Positions 53,394 to 62,239 of a DNA stretch of 64,000 bases are shown piece after piece. The translations under genes and the position numbers were made by a program. Source of the DNA: Clostridia bacterium (GTDB lineage: Bacteria; Bacillota; Clostridia; Christensenellales; UBA1242); NCBI GenBank assembly GCA_045650505.1, contig JAZRRE010000003.1, positions 11,759 through 75,758 on the forward strand. Reading direction: 5' to 3'. Within the stretch, counting starts at the first letter, position 1. Every line of letters starts with the position of its first letter. Below the pieces are notes generated by a model. That model saw only the letters and a list, made by a program, of their open reading frames with translations, did no database searches and was not told the DNA's origin.

Positions 53394-53636
53394 TTAGTTG
53401 ACTTTTAATCCATTAATCACAACATCGCCGCAAAGCACTTCGGTGTAAGAGTATGAAAGTGGGCTTTTTCCTTCACCAATGTTAACGGTGAAAATGCTAG
53501 GGTAAACATTTTCAATAATTCCTTGATATTTTTCAATTTTTTTTCGGCCCTTGTTGATTTGCATTGAAATATATTCTCCTTTAAGTCTTTCAATTTCTTC
53601 AATAATGTTTGATACGCTATAATTCACTTTTCTCAT
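53394..53636 (-). CDS. veg: Veg protein (biofilm formation stimulator family)
   Basis: NKGRKKIEKYQGIIENVYPSIFTV...LSYSYTEVL parallels B. subtilis Veg ([23 protein letters not shown]...VSYSYADIL). Confidence 0.88.
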   Translation of the reverse strand: MRKVNYSVSNIIEEIERLKGEYISMQINKGRKKIEKYQGIIENVYPSIFTVNIGEGKSPLSYSYTEVLCGDVVINGLKVN

Positions 53637-53739
53637 ATAAATTCTCTCCTAAACAAATTATTGTCAAGTCTTAAATTTTTATTCAAAAAAGTTCTAATAT
53701 AATTTCTAAAATAATAGACTATTTCTAATGGGGGAATTT

Positions 53740-55209
53740 ATGGAAAATTTAATTGTTCAAGCAAAGAAAAAAATTACTTTAGACAAGTTTGTTTCATCAG
53801 TCAAAATTTTGACAACAAATGAGATTAAATCGATTTTGAATATTTCAGCAAAAGCAGTTTTGAGTCAGATTGAACAGTCTAATAATGTGATTACCTTAAG
53901 TGGAAAAATTATTGCGAATGTGATTTATTTGAGTCAAGATAATCAAATTTTATCAGCTGAAACGATGATGGATTTTATTGAAAAACAACAGGTTTTAACA
54001 TCACTTCAAGAGATGACTGCAATTGATAATGTAAGTGTTAAAATTGACACTTTTTCAGGCACTGAAATTCTATGCTCTGTCACACATAATACCTATATTT
54101 TCGGAATTTACAGCTATGAAATTGCAGATTTTGTTGGAGAGAACACTGCTTTTGTTTTAAACAAAAAAACATTTAATTCAAAAAAATTTGTGACTGCTTG
54201 CAGTGATAATTTTGTGGTTGCAGAAGAACAAGAAAGCAACATTTTAAACTTAAAAGTTTTAGAGTGTAAAGCCAAGGTTTTAAACTATGAAGCATCAGCG
54301 GGGGTTGATAAAATTATTGTTTCAGGCAAGCTTTTAGTTGAAACAATTTATGATGATGGAGAACTTTCGGTGATTACAAAAGATTTTGAGTTCAAACAAG
54401 AAATTGAGGCTCAAGGTGTTGTTCCAAATATGTTTGTTGATGCTCTTTTAAATGTGAATAATGTAACTGTTACACCAGAAGATAGAGAGAATAAAACTAA
54501 CATTGTTTATGTGCTTGATGCATTTGCAAAAGGTTATGTTTTTGAAGATTATGAATATGAAATTGCAACAGATATGTTTGCACTAGACAGTGAAATTCAA
54601 AACACCTTTGAGTTTTTAGAGTTTAGAAATTTTAGCAGTGAAAACGCCACAAGTGATATATTTATCAGTCAAACAGATGTTTCAAAGATAGAAAATTTCG
54701 ATGATATTATTGGTGTGTTTGATGCAAAAACCAAATTAAACGAGGTGATTTTAACTAATGATAAAGCAGTAATTGATTTTACTGTTTCAGCATTTGCACT
54801 TTATAAGTCGGGTGAAAATGTTAAAAGATTAGATGTTTCACATTTGGCAAAGTTTGAATTTGACAAAACTCAAGAAGAATTTGTTGAGGATGTAAGGCTT
54901 ATTGCTGAAATTTCTTCATTTAAGGTTAAAGCAGGAAAAGAGTTAGAAGTGGCATTTAAAGTTAGTGCAGAAGTTAAAAAATCAACAGAAGTTAGTGAAA
55001 AGTTTGTTAAGTCTTATGAAATTAAAGAAGTAAAAAACATTTCTAATGATGGAATTAAAGTTTATGTAACTAGAGCAGGTGAAACGCTTTTTGATGTCGC
55101 AAAAGTGCTCTGTGTTAGACCTGAAATTATTGAAGAACAAAATCAAATTGATGGTGTTTTTGAAGAAGGTGAAAAAATTTATGTTTATTCACCAATAAAC
55201 ATTATTTAA
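53740..55209 (+). CDS. DUF3794-repeat protein with a C-terminal LysM domain (SipL / SpoVID-functional-analog-like)
   Basis: C-terminal LysM (IKVYVTRAGETLFDVAKVLCVRPEIIEEQNQI...GEKIYV). The size and architecture match clostridial SipL as I recall it. Confidence 0.65.
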   Translation: MENLIVQAKKKITLDKFVSSVKILTTNEIKSILNISAKAVLSQIEQSNNVITLSGKIIANVIYLSQDNQILSAETMMDFIEKQQVLTSLQEMTAIDNVSVKIDTFSGTEILCSVTHNTYIFGIYSYEIADFVGENTAFVLNKKTFNSKKFVTACSDNFVVAEEQESNILNLKVLECKAKVLNYEASAGVDKIIVSGKLLVETIYDDGELSVITKDFEFKQEIEAQGVVPNMFVDALLNVNNVTVTPEDRENKTNIVYVLDAFAKGYVFEDYEYEIATDMFALDSEIQNTFEFLEFRNFSSENATSDIFISQTDVSKIENFDDIIGVFDAKTKLNEVILTNDKAVIDFTVSAFALYKSGENVKRLDVSHLAKFEFDKTQEEFVEDVRLIAEISSFKVKAGKELEVAFKVSAEVKKSTEVSEKFVKSYEIKEVKNISNDGIKVYVTRAGETLFDVAKVLCVRPEIIEEQNQIDGVFEEGEKIYVYSPINII

Positions 55210-55265
55210 ACAATTTACAAAACCATTCAAATGTGTTAAAATTTTCATAGAAAAGGAGTGATTCT

Positions 55266-56270
55266 ATGGAAGAAACATCAAAAAATAAAATTGATACAAC
55301 ACTTTATAATGAAAAATCACTATATTTGCTCAATATTCGTGAGCTTCGTGATATGGGCAGAAAATTTGGGGTTCCATCTCCAACAACTTTGAAAAAACAA
55401 GATTTAGTTGAATATATCTTAAAGATTGTTTATGGCGAAGTTGCTCCAACAAGAAGCAATTATGGCAGACCAAATGTTCGTGAATTTGAAATGGATAAGT
55501 GTTTAGATAAGATTAAGAAAAATACAGATATAACTGATGAACTTTTAAAATTTACACTTGATGACTTTTCGGCAATTGCTGATTTGAAAGTTGCAATGCC
55601 AAAGGAAAAGCAAATTGCAGATAACATTAAAACTTTGGTTTATATTGAAGAAGATGATAAGTGTTTTTTAAAAAAACACGCGTTTGTGTCATCGAAAGAT
55701 GATATTAAAATTGGAAAAGAACTTGCAGAAAAACTTGAGCTTGTGGATTATGATGTTATTGAAGCAAGGGTTGAAGGTGAGTTGTTTAAAATAATCACCG
55801 TTAATGGAAATCGAAAAAATAACAAGTTTAAAGATTTTGTTATTAAAAGCAACACCCTTGAAGCTGGAAAACAAACAGTTTTTGATATTGAAACTAATGA
55901 AGAAAAAGAAAACATCATTTTAAACATTCAAAATGAATGTCAAGAACGTGATTTGAATCTTGTTATTTTTGCAAATAAAAAATGCACCGGTTGGTGCACT
56001 AACTGTGTTGAATATAATTTAGAAGATGATTTTTCAATCACTTACAAAAACTTTATGAAGTTTATGGGAGAATGTGAAAAACACATTTTCAAAGGCGAAG
56101 ATATTGTTGTTTTGATTGATGAAATGGCTGTTGTTAACAATGTTTTAGATGCTTTTGATGAAGATGTTAACAAAAGAGCAAAAACAAATGTAAGTGAAGC
56201 GGTTAACAAAATTTTGGCACTTGAAAATCTTGTGATTGCATTTAGAAAAATAGAAGTTAAAGAATTTTAA
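55266..56270 (+). CDS. Hypothetical protein with an N-terminal Rho_N/SAP-like motif
   Basis: LYLLNIRELRDMGRKFGVPSPTTLKKQDLVEYIL resembles the Rho N-terminal helix-extended-helix. Confidence 0.6.
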   Translation: MEETSKNKIDTTLYNEKSLYLLNIRELRDMGRKFGVPSPTTLKKQDLVEYILKIVYGEVAPTRSNYGRPNVREFEMDKCLDKIKKNTDITDELLKFTLDDFSAIADLKVAMPKEKQIADNIKTLVYIEEDDKCFLKKHAFVSSKDDIKIGKELAEKLELVDYDVIEARVEGELFKIITVNGNRKNNKFKDFVIKSNTLEAGKQTVFDIETNEEKENIILNIQNECQERDLNLVIFANKKCTGWCTNCVEYNLEDDFSITYKNFMKFMGECEKHIFKGEDIVVLIDEMAVVNNVLDAFDEDVNKRAKTNVSEAVNKILALENLVIAFRKIEVKEF

Positions 56271-56537
56271 TTAATTTGAAACACTTGCGTTTTCGATAAT
56301 AAATTTATCAAAATCAATAGATTCAATAAAATCTCTTGGTAAAAATACACTATTATTAAAGTCCACATAATTTGTTATGTGGCTTTTTAATATTGCTGGG
56401 GTGGGAATATCAAGTTCGTGACACATTTTTTCAATGTGGAAGTGGAATTTGTCTTCAACAAAATTGTCGATACTTTCATAAATATAAGACCTTGTAATTT
56501 TTCCGTCAACAACGGTTCTTGCCCAAATTCTAATCAT
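56271..56537 (-). CDS. Small hypothetical protein (88 aa)
   Basis: MIRIWARTVVDGKITRSYIYE... with a GAGGT RBS. No family recognised. Confidence 0.55.
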   Translation of the reverse strand: MIRIWARTVVDGKITRSYIYESIDNFVEDKFHFHIEKMCHELDIPTPAILKSHITNYVDFNNSVFLPRDFIESIDFDKFIIENASVSN

Positions 56538-56605
56538 AATTACCTCTAAAAAATATGATATCAAAACACAAAAAAATAATCAAGCAAAACATTTTCAAAT
56601 TTAGA

Positions 56606-56634
56606 TTGACAATAAATATATTTTATAATATAAT
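56606..56634 (+). promoter_or_regulatory. Consensus promoter upstream of greA
   Basis: TTGACA (56606-56611), 17 nt, TATAAT (56629-56634). Confidence 0.7.
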
Positions 56635-56680
56635 ACACTCAATTTTTGGGGCAAATTTATTTGCTATAAGGAGAGAAATA

Positions 56681-57148
56681 ATGGCAGAATTATTTATCAC
56701 AGCAGCAGGAAAAGCTGAAAAAGAAGAAAGATTAAGATATTTAAAGAATGAGAAAAGACCAGAAGTTTTGGAAAAACTTAAAGTAGCTCGTGATTTTGGT
56801 GACCTTTCTGAAAATGCTGAATATGATGCAGCAAAGAAAGAACAATCAATTTTAGAAACAGAAATTGCTTCAATTGAAGAAACTTTAAGAAAAGCAAAAA
56901 TCATTGATAGCACAGATGTAACAATGGATACAGTTGGTGTTGGAAATGTGGTTACAGTTTTTGATGAAGACTTTGGAGAAGAAGATACATACACAATTGT
57001 TGGTGTTATTGAAAGTGACCCAAACAGGAATTTGGTTTCAAACGAATCTCCAATTGGCAGTGGTTTGATGGGCAAAAAGGTGGGTGACACAGCAGAAATC
57101 ACAACACCTGGTGGCATTATCAAAATGAAAATATTAAAGATTTCTTAA
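56681..57148 (+). CDS. greA: Transcription elongation factor GreA
   Basis: RPEVLEKLKVARDFGDLSENAEYDAAKKEQ is the GreA coiled-coil signature. AAGGAGAG lies before ATG 56681. Confidence 0.93.
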   Translation: MAELFITAAGKAEKEERLRYLKNEKRPEVLEKLKVARDFGDLSENAEYDAAKKEQSILETEIASIEETLRKAKIIDSTDVTMDTVGVGNVVTVFDEDFGEEDTYTIVGVIESDPNRNLVSNESPIGSGLMGKKVGDTAEITTPGGIIKMKILKIS

Positions 57149-57182
57149 AAAAAAACATAGCAATTTTGCTATGTTTTTTTTG
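57148..57182 (+). terminator. greA terminator
   Basis: A-run, then CATAGCA-atttt-TGCTATG, then T8. Confidence 0.85.
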
Positions 57183-57258
57183 TGCACAAAAAGTTGTGGA
57201 TTTTTATATATTTCTTGACTTTAAACCATATTTTTATTACTCTATAATAAGAGGGATT

Positions 57259-58245
57259 ATGCTAGATTATTCAAAAGTTATTGAAAATTCAAATGCATTT
57301 AAAACCATTGAGCTTGATATTTCAAGGTCAAGGCTTTCTCATGTTTATTTATTTGTGAGTGCCGATGAAAATTATTTAAAGAGTTTTGTAGAAATTGTTG
57401 CTAAAAGATTTATCAATTTAAACGAAACTGAATTTGCTGAAAAAAACAATTCAAGAATTGAAAAAAGAATTCACCCTGATGTTATTTTTTATGGTGAAGA
57501 CAAACAAGTTGATGTTTCAGCAGTGTCTGATATTGTTGAGAGTTCGAATGTTAGCCCATTTGAAGCTGATAAAAAGATATTTATTCTTTTGAATGCTCAA
57601 AAAATGAATGAATCTTCACAAAATAAAATTTTGAAATCGATTGAAGAACCACCAAAAAACACATTTTATTTGCTCTGTGCGACTTCAATCACAAAAATCC
57701 TTCCAACCATTCTTTCAAGAGTTAAAAAACTTGATTTAGATAATCTTTCTGTTGATGGTATTGTTTCAATGCTAGAAGCCAAGGGTGTTGAAAAACAAAA
57801 AGCAGAGATTCTTTCAAGTTGTTCAAATGGAAATGCAACATTTGCTGAAAAACTTGCAACTGATGAAGGGTTTATTGAGTTTTTTAATAGCATAGTTTCT
57901 TGTTTATTTGAAATCAATGGAAGTCGTGATGTTTTGAAATTTTCAAACATTTTTTCGGGAAAAACTATTGATAAGGAAGAATTTATCAATATTTCAATGC
58001 TTCTTCTTCGTGATATAATGATGATTTTATCAAAGAAAGAGGAACTTGTGGTTTGCAAGAATGTGCTTGCAAAATTAAAAGTCATTTCAGCTGGTCTTAA
58101 TTTAAGTGGGGTGCAGAGTCTTATTTCCGCCTGTCTTGAAGAAAAGAAAAAGTTGGCATTTAATGTTAATACAACAGCTGTTATTGATGATTTTTTGTTT
58201 AAATATGCGGAGGTTAAAGTAAAATGCAGAAGATTGTCGGTGTAA
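57259..58245 (+). CDS. holB: DNA polymerase III delta' subunit
   Basis: LSHVYLF...QNKILKSIEEPP...ILPTILSRV motifs typical of clamp-loader delta'. Followed by ricT, as in Bacillus. The track N-terminus overlaps the greA terminator. Confidence 0.8.
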   Translation: MLDYSKVIENSNAFKTIELDISRSRLSHVYLFVSADENYLKSFVEIVAKRFINLNETEFAEKNNSRIEKRIHPDVIFYGEDKQVDVSAVSDIVESSNVSPFEADKKIFILLNAQKMNESSQNKILKSIEEPPKNTFYLLCATSITKILPTILSRVKKLDLDNLSVDGIVSMLEAKGVEKQKAEILSSCSNGNATFAEKLATDEGFIEFFNSIVSCLFEINGSRDVLKFSNIFSGKTIDKEEFINISMLLLRDIMMILSKKEELVVCKNVLAKLKVISAGLNLSGVQSLISACLEEKKKLAFNVNTTAVIDDFLFKYAEVKVKCRRLSV

Positions 58246-59327
58246 GACGCGTTGATGACAAAAATATATATTATTTTAGCACAAATGTAGAACTTAAGCT
58301 TGATAGCAAGGTTGTTGTTAACTTTGATGAATTTCAAACAATTGCAACAGTTGTTAGAGTTGACCCCAAAGTTGAAGATTCTAGTGCTGAAGAAATTAAA
58401 AAAATTGTTCGTGAGGCAACAGATGCTGATATAAAGAAGTTTGATGAACTTCGAAAGAAGGCAAAATCAAGCATTCCAGCTATCAAGAAAAAGTCACTTG
58501 AACTTGGGTTGATGATGAAGTTTGTTGGTGCTGAATATAGTTTAGATAACTCAAAAATAGTTATTACTTTCTCAAGTGAAGAAAGAGTTGATTTTAGACA
58601 ATTTTTGAAAGATTTGGCTTCAATGCTCAAAACAAGAATTGAGCTTAAACAAATTGGTCAAAGAGATGAAGTTAAGGTTTGTGGCGGTGTTGGACCTTGT
58701 GGTCAACCTTGTTGTTGTGCAAGGTTTTTAAATGATTTTGAGCACGTAACCGTTAAAATGGCGAAAGTGCAAGGTTTGTCACTTTCTCCAACAAAAATTA
58801 ACGGAATTTGTGGCAGACTTATGTGTTGTTTGGGTTATGAATCTGAAGTTTATGAAGAAATATTAGCAAGAATGCCAAAGATTAACAGTGAAGTAAAAAC
58901 TGAAAAAGGCAAAGGCACAGTTGTTTATAATGACATTCTTCGTGAAAGAGTTTCTGTGAAACGCCAAGCAGAAGGTGATACTTTTGTGGTTGAAGATTTT
59001 GCTTTAGAAGAAGTTGAATTTGAAGGTCACCCAGCAAAAAAACAAGAAAAGAAAAAAGAAGAAAAAGTGATTCAAGAAGAAGTTAAGGTTGATGAGAATG
59101 CTGAAAAATTTCAAAACAACAAACAAAACAAAAATAATCACGAACAAAAAGAATTTAAACAAAAAGATAAAAAATTTGCTCAAAAGCTAGAAACAAAAGA
59201 AAGCAAAGAACCTGAAATTATGGAACTTGGTGCAGGTGAAAACAAGACAAATCATAATCATAAAAAGGGTTTTCATTTTAGACCCAAAAACAAAAACAAA
59301 GCAAAATCATATAATAATAAAAACTAA
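58224..59327 (+). CDS. ricT: PSP1-domain protein RicT/YaaT with a K/N-rich tail
   Basis: VVGVRR..KIYYF..., and a Cys cluster (CGGVGPCGQPCCCARFL...CGRLMCCLGYE) characteristic of YaaT. Confidence 0.9.
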   Translation: MQKIVGVRRVDDKNIYYFSTNVELKLDSKVVVNFDEFQTIATVVRVDPKVEDSSAEEIKKIVREATDADIKKFDELRKKAKSSIPAIKKKSLELGLMMKFVGAEYSLDNSKIVITFSSEERVDFRQFLKDLASMLKTRIELKQIGQRDEVKVCGGVGPCGQPCCCARFLNDFEHVTVKMAKVQGLSLSPTKINGICGRLMCCLGYESEVYEEILARMPKINSEVKTEKGKGTVVYNDILRERVSVKRQAEGDTFVVEDFALEEVEFEGHPAKKQEKKKEEKVIQEEVKVDENAEKFQNNKQNKNNHEQKEFKQKDKKFAQKLETKESKEPEIMELGAGENKTNHNHKKGFHFRPKNKNKAKSYNNKN

Positions 59328-59407
59328 TTCAAGATGATAAAAACTCTTGATAAAAAGTATAAATAAGAGTATAATGAGTTTGTTAAATTATTTTAAGGAG
59401 ATAAATT

Positions 59408-59584
59408 ATGGCATATACAATTGACGCTGAAAAATGTATCGGTTGTGGAGCTTGCGCAGGCGCTTGTCCTGTTGCTGCAATCACACCAACAGATGATGGA
59501 AAAATGGTTATTGATGCAGAAAAATGTATTTCTTGCGGAACTTGTCAAGCTGTTTGTCCTGTAGGGGCACCTGTAAGTGAATAA
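59408..59584 (+). CDS. 2x[4Fe-4S] ferredoxin (58 aa)
   Basis: Hand translation gives MAYTIDAEKCIGCGACAGACPV...CISCGTCQAVCPVGAPVSE*. Two CxxCxxCxxxCP motifs. AAGGAG RBS. Confidence 0.88.
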   Translation: MAYTIDAEKCIGCGACAGACPVAAITPTDDGKMVIDAEKCISCGTCQAVCPVGAPVSE

Positions 59585-60305
59585 TCTTTTAAAAAACGAT
59601 GAAAGATTAGACGACCTAGAGCTTGATAATCTAATGATTATACAGCGAAAAAATGGCTACAAATTTTCAACTGATTCTGTGCTCCTCGCAAACTTTGCAA
59701 AGGGTAAACCTAGTGATGTTTGTGTGGACCTTTGCAGTGGGGGTGGAGTTGTAGCCATTCTTTTTTCATACAAGAATAAAATTAGAAAAATGTATGCTGT
59801 TGAAATTCAAGAGAGACAGGCTGAAATGTCAAAACGTTCAATTGAGTATAATAAGCTTAATATTGAAGTTATTAATGATGACCTTAAAAATTTAAAGCAA
59901 ATTTTAGGTGCTGAAACCGTTGATATTATTACTGTCAATCCGCCTTATAATAAAGTTGGAGAAACTAGTGAACTTGATGAAATTGCAATATCAACTCACG
60001 AAATCAAAACAAACATTGAAGAGATTGCAAAAGCATCTAGCACTGCTTTAAAGTTTGGTGGAAAACTCTATATGGTGCATCGTGCCGACAGGCTTGCTGA
60101 TATTATTTGGAATTTAAAGAAATATAATCTTGAACCAAAGGTTTTGAGAGTGGTGTATCCAAAGATAAAGAAAGAGCCAAACCTTGTTTTGATTGAAGCG
60201 AAAAAAGGTGCTAAATCGGGGCTCAAAATTATGAAGCCACTTGTTTTAAATAATGAAGATGGTTCTGAAACTGATGAACTTAAACAAATCTATGGTAGAA
60301 AATAA
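59577..60305 (+). CDS. N6-adenine (NPPY) methyltransferase, tRNA1(Val) m6A37 / YabB-like
   Basis: ERLDDL...IIQ...GYKFSTDSVLLANF N-terminus and the VNPPY motif. The GTG start overlaps the ferredoxin stop by 8 nt. Confidence 0.75.
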   Translation: MNNLLKNDERLDDLELDNLMIIQRKNGYKFSTDSVLLANFAKGKPSDVCVDLCSGGGVVAILFSYKNKIRKMYAVEIQERQAEMSKRSIEYNKLNIEVINDDLKNLKQILGAETVDIITVNPPYNKVGETSELDEIAISTHEIKTNIEEIAKASSTALKFGGKLYMVHRADRLADIIWNLKKYNLEPKVLRVVYPKIKKEPNLVLIEAKKGAKSGLKIMKPLVLNNEDGSETDELKQIYGRK

Positions 60306-60321
60306 TAAAAAGGAAAATTTT

Positions 60322-60993
60322 ATGATTGATAAAAATCACTTTAAAGAAATAGTAAAAAATAGAAAAGCAGAAGATTTTTTAGATTCAAGAGAAACTATTT
60401 TATGGAGGGGTATTCCTAAAAAATCTGCTTATGTGTTAGGCAAAACCATATCAATGGCACCTATTGCAATTGTTTGGCTCATATTTGACCTTGGTTTTAT
60501 TATTGCGGCTGCAACACTTGGAGATATTGGAGCAATTTGGCTTTTTTTGATTCCATTTTTTGCAATTCATATGACACCCGTTTGGATTTGGCTTGCTGGT
60601 TTGCTTAAAGCGGGAAAAGAAACAAAAACAATTGAGTATGTAATTACCGATAAGAGAATCATTGAATTTAAAGGTGAAGTAAAATATATTTCTTCGCAAA
60701 TCTTTTTAAAAGAATTAAAAGGTGCAAGACTTTCAAGAAATATTGTTGATAAAATCTTGAGAGTTGGCGATATTTACATTGAAGAAAATGGTGGCAGAGA
60801 GCTTGTGCTTTTTGATATTCCTAATAGTGAATTTATGCATACTAAAATTCTTGAACTTTGTGGAACAAAATCAAAAACTGATGAGTTTTATGAAAATCAT
60901 TCAGCTTGTGAGCATTGTGGTTCATATTACAGCAACACAAGTTCAAAATGTCCAAATTGTGGTGCACCTAAAGATAAAGTTAAAAGAAAATAA
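60322..60993 (+). CDS. Membrane bPH (YdbS/YdbT-like) domain protein with a C-terminal zinc ribbon
   Basis: ILWRGIPKK, then two TM segments, then ITDKRIIEFKG..., and finally CEHCG...CPNCG. Confidence 0.65.
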   Translation: MIDKNHFKEIVKNRKAEDFLDSRETILWRGIPKKSAYVLGKTISMAPIAIVWLIFDLGFIIAAATLGDIGAIWLFLIPFFAIHMTPVWIWLAGLLKAGKETKTIEYVITDKRIIEFKGEVKYISSQIFLKELKGARLSRNIVDKILRVGDIYIEENGGRELVLFDIPNSEFMHTKILELCGTKSKTDEFYENHSACEHCGSYYSNTSSKCPNCGAPKDKVKRK

Positions 60994-61112
60994 AAAACAC
61001 CCAGACTCAACATTGAGTTTGGGGTTTTATTTTTTAAAACAAGCTAAATGATTATGTTTAAAATATTCTATATGTTAAAATAAAAGTATCTTTTTGTTTA
61101 GGAGAACAGATT

Positions 61113-61532
61113 ATGATAAAAGACTATGTGCATAAAGTGCAATATTATGAAACAGACAAAATGGGGGTTACTCACCATTCAAATTACATAAGGTTTATGG
61201 AAGAGGCAAGAGTTGATTTTATGGACCAAATTGGTTATGGTTATGATAGAATGGAAAATGATGGATTTGCTGCTCCTGTTATAAATGTGGATTGTGATTT
61301 TAAAAAATCAACCACTTATGCCGATATTATTTCTGTTTCAGTAAAAGTTGTTGAAATTAGCCAAGTTCGAATAAAATTTGAATATATTATGAGGGTTAAA
61401 GATGAAGTTGTGTTTAAAGGCACAAGTTCTCATTGTTGTTTAAATCAAGAAGGAAAGGTGATTTCATTAAAACGTGAAAAGCCTGAAATTTATGAATTAT
61501 TTTTAAGTTATTTGGAAAATAAAGAAAAATAA
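61113..61532 (+). CDS. Acyl-CoA thioesterase, 4HBT/YbgC family
   Basis: HKVQYYETDKMGVTHHSNYIRFMEEARVDF is a hotdog-fold thioesterase signature. Confidence 0.85.
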   Translation: MIKDYVHKVQYYETDKMGVTHHSNYIRFMEEARVDFMDQIGYGYDRMENDGFAAPVINVDCDFKKSTTYADIISVSVKVVEISQVRIKFEYIMRVKDEVVFKGTSSHCCLNQEGKVISLKREKPEIYELFLSYLENKEK

Positions 61533-61668
61533 TAACTCAAATCAAAATTTTTCAGAAAAAGTGAAAATATTTGATGATAATGGTGTAATTTGATATATAA
61601 AAATAACTATTGCTATTGACTTAAATTGATTTTTAAGGTATAATGCTTATATAATAAGAGAGGTGTTT

Positions 61669-62220
61669 ATGAATATAGATGAACTTCAAGATGCAGGTGT
61701 TGAGTTTTTCGATGTTTCTGAAAATGAGTTATTTCCATTTTCAACAACTTGGAAAAAAACTTTTGAAGCGATTGAAAAATCACTTAAAGAACTTAACAAC
61801 GAACAAGAAAAAGAAAGAATTTTGCAAAAAGTTTCAAATATCGTAAATGTGCTTGTTAGATATGGAACAACTTATGAAGATATTGTTCTTGAAATTGCCG
61901 AGCTTTATATTTTTGCAAGAGAAGCAAAAATTGCTCCAGATTTTTTTGAAAAATCATACGGAAAAGGAATTGTTGAGTCTGTTATTTGTTTGAATAACGC
62001 ACTTGACACAGAAGAAAAGAGAAAAGCAGTTTTTGAAAATGAAAAACACAGATATTTAGGAAAAATCAAAATTGCAGACTATTTAGTTGAACTTGTAGAG
62101 AATAAATCAATTTCAAAAGAATATAAAAAGGAAATTGATGAAGTTATTAAACATTATGAAAATAGAAGCCACAAGGCATTAATGAGAATGTTAATTGCCG
62201 AAAGAAAAAGAATAAAATAA
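61669..62220 (+). CDS. Hypothetical helical protein (183 aa) upstream of the RelA/SpoT-like fusion gene
   Basis: Clean ORF with a GAGAGGTG RBS. No motif recognised. Ends 19 nt before the next gene. Confidence 0.55.
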   Translation: MNIDELQDAGVEFFDVSENELFPFSTTWKKTFEAIEKSLKELNNEQEKERILQKVSNIVNVLVRYGTTYEDIVLEIAELYIFAREAKIAPDFFEKSYGKGIVESVICLNNALDTEEKRKAVFENEKHRYLGKIKIADYLVELVENKSISKEYKKEIDEVIKHYENRSHKALMRMLIAERKRIK

Positions 62221-62239
62221 AGGGAGAAAAATTTTTATT

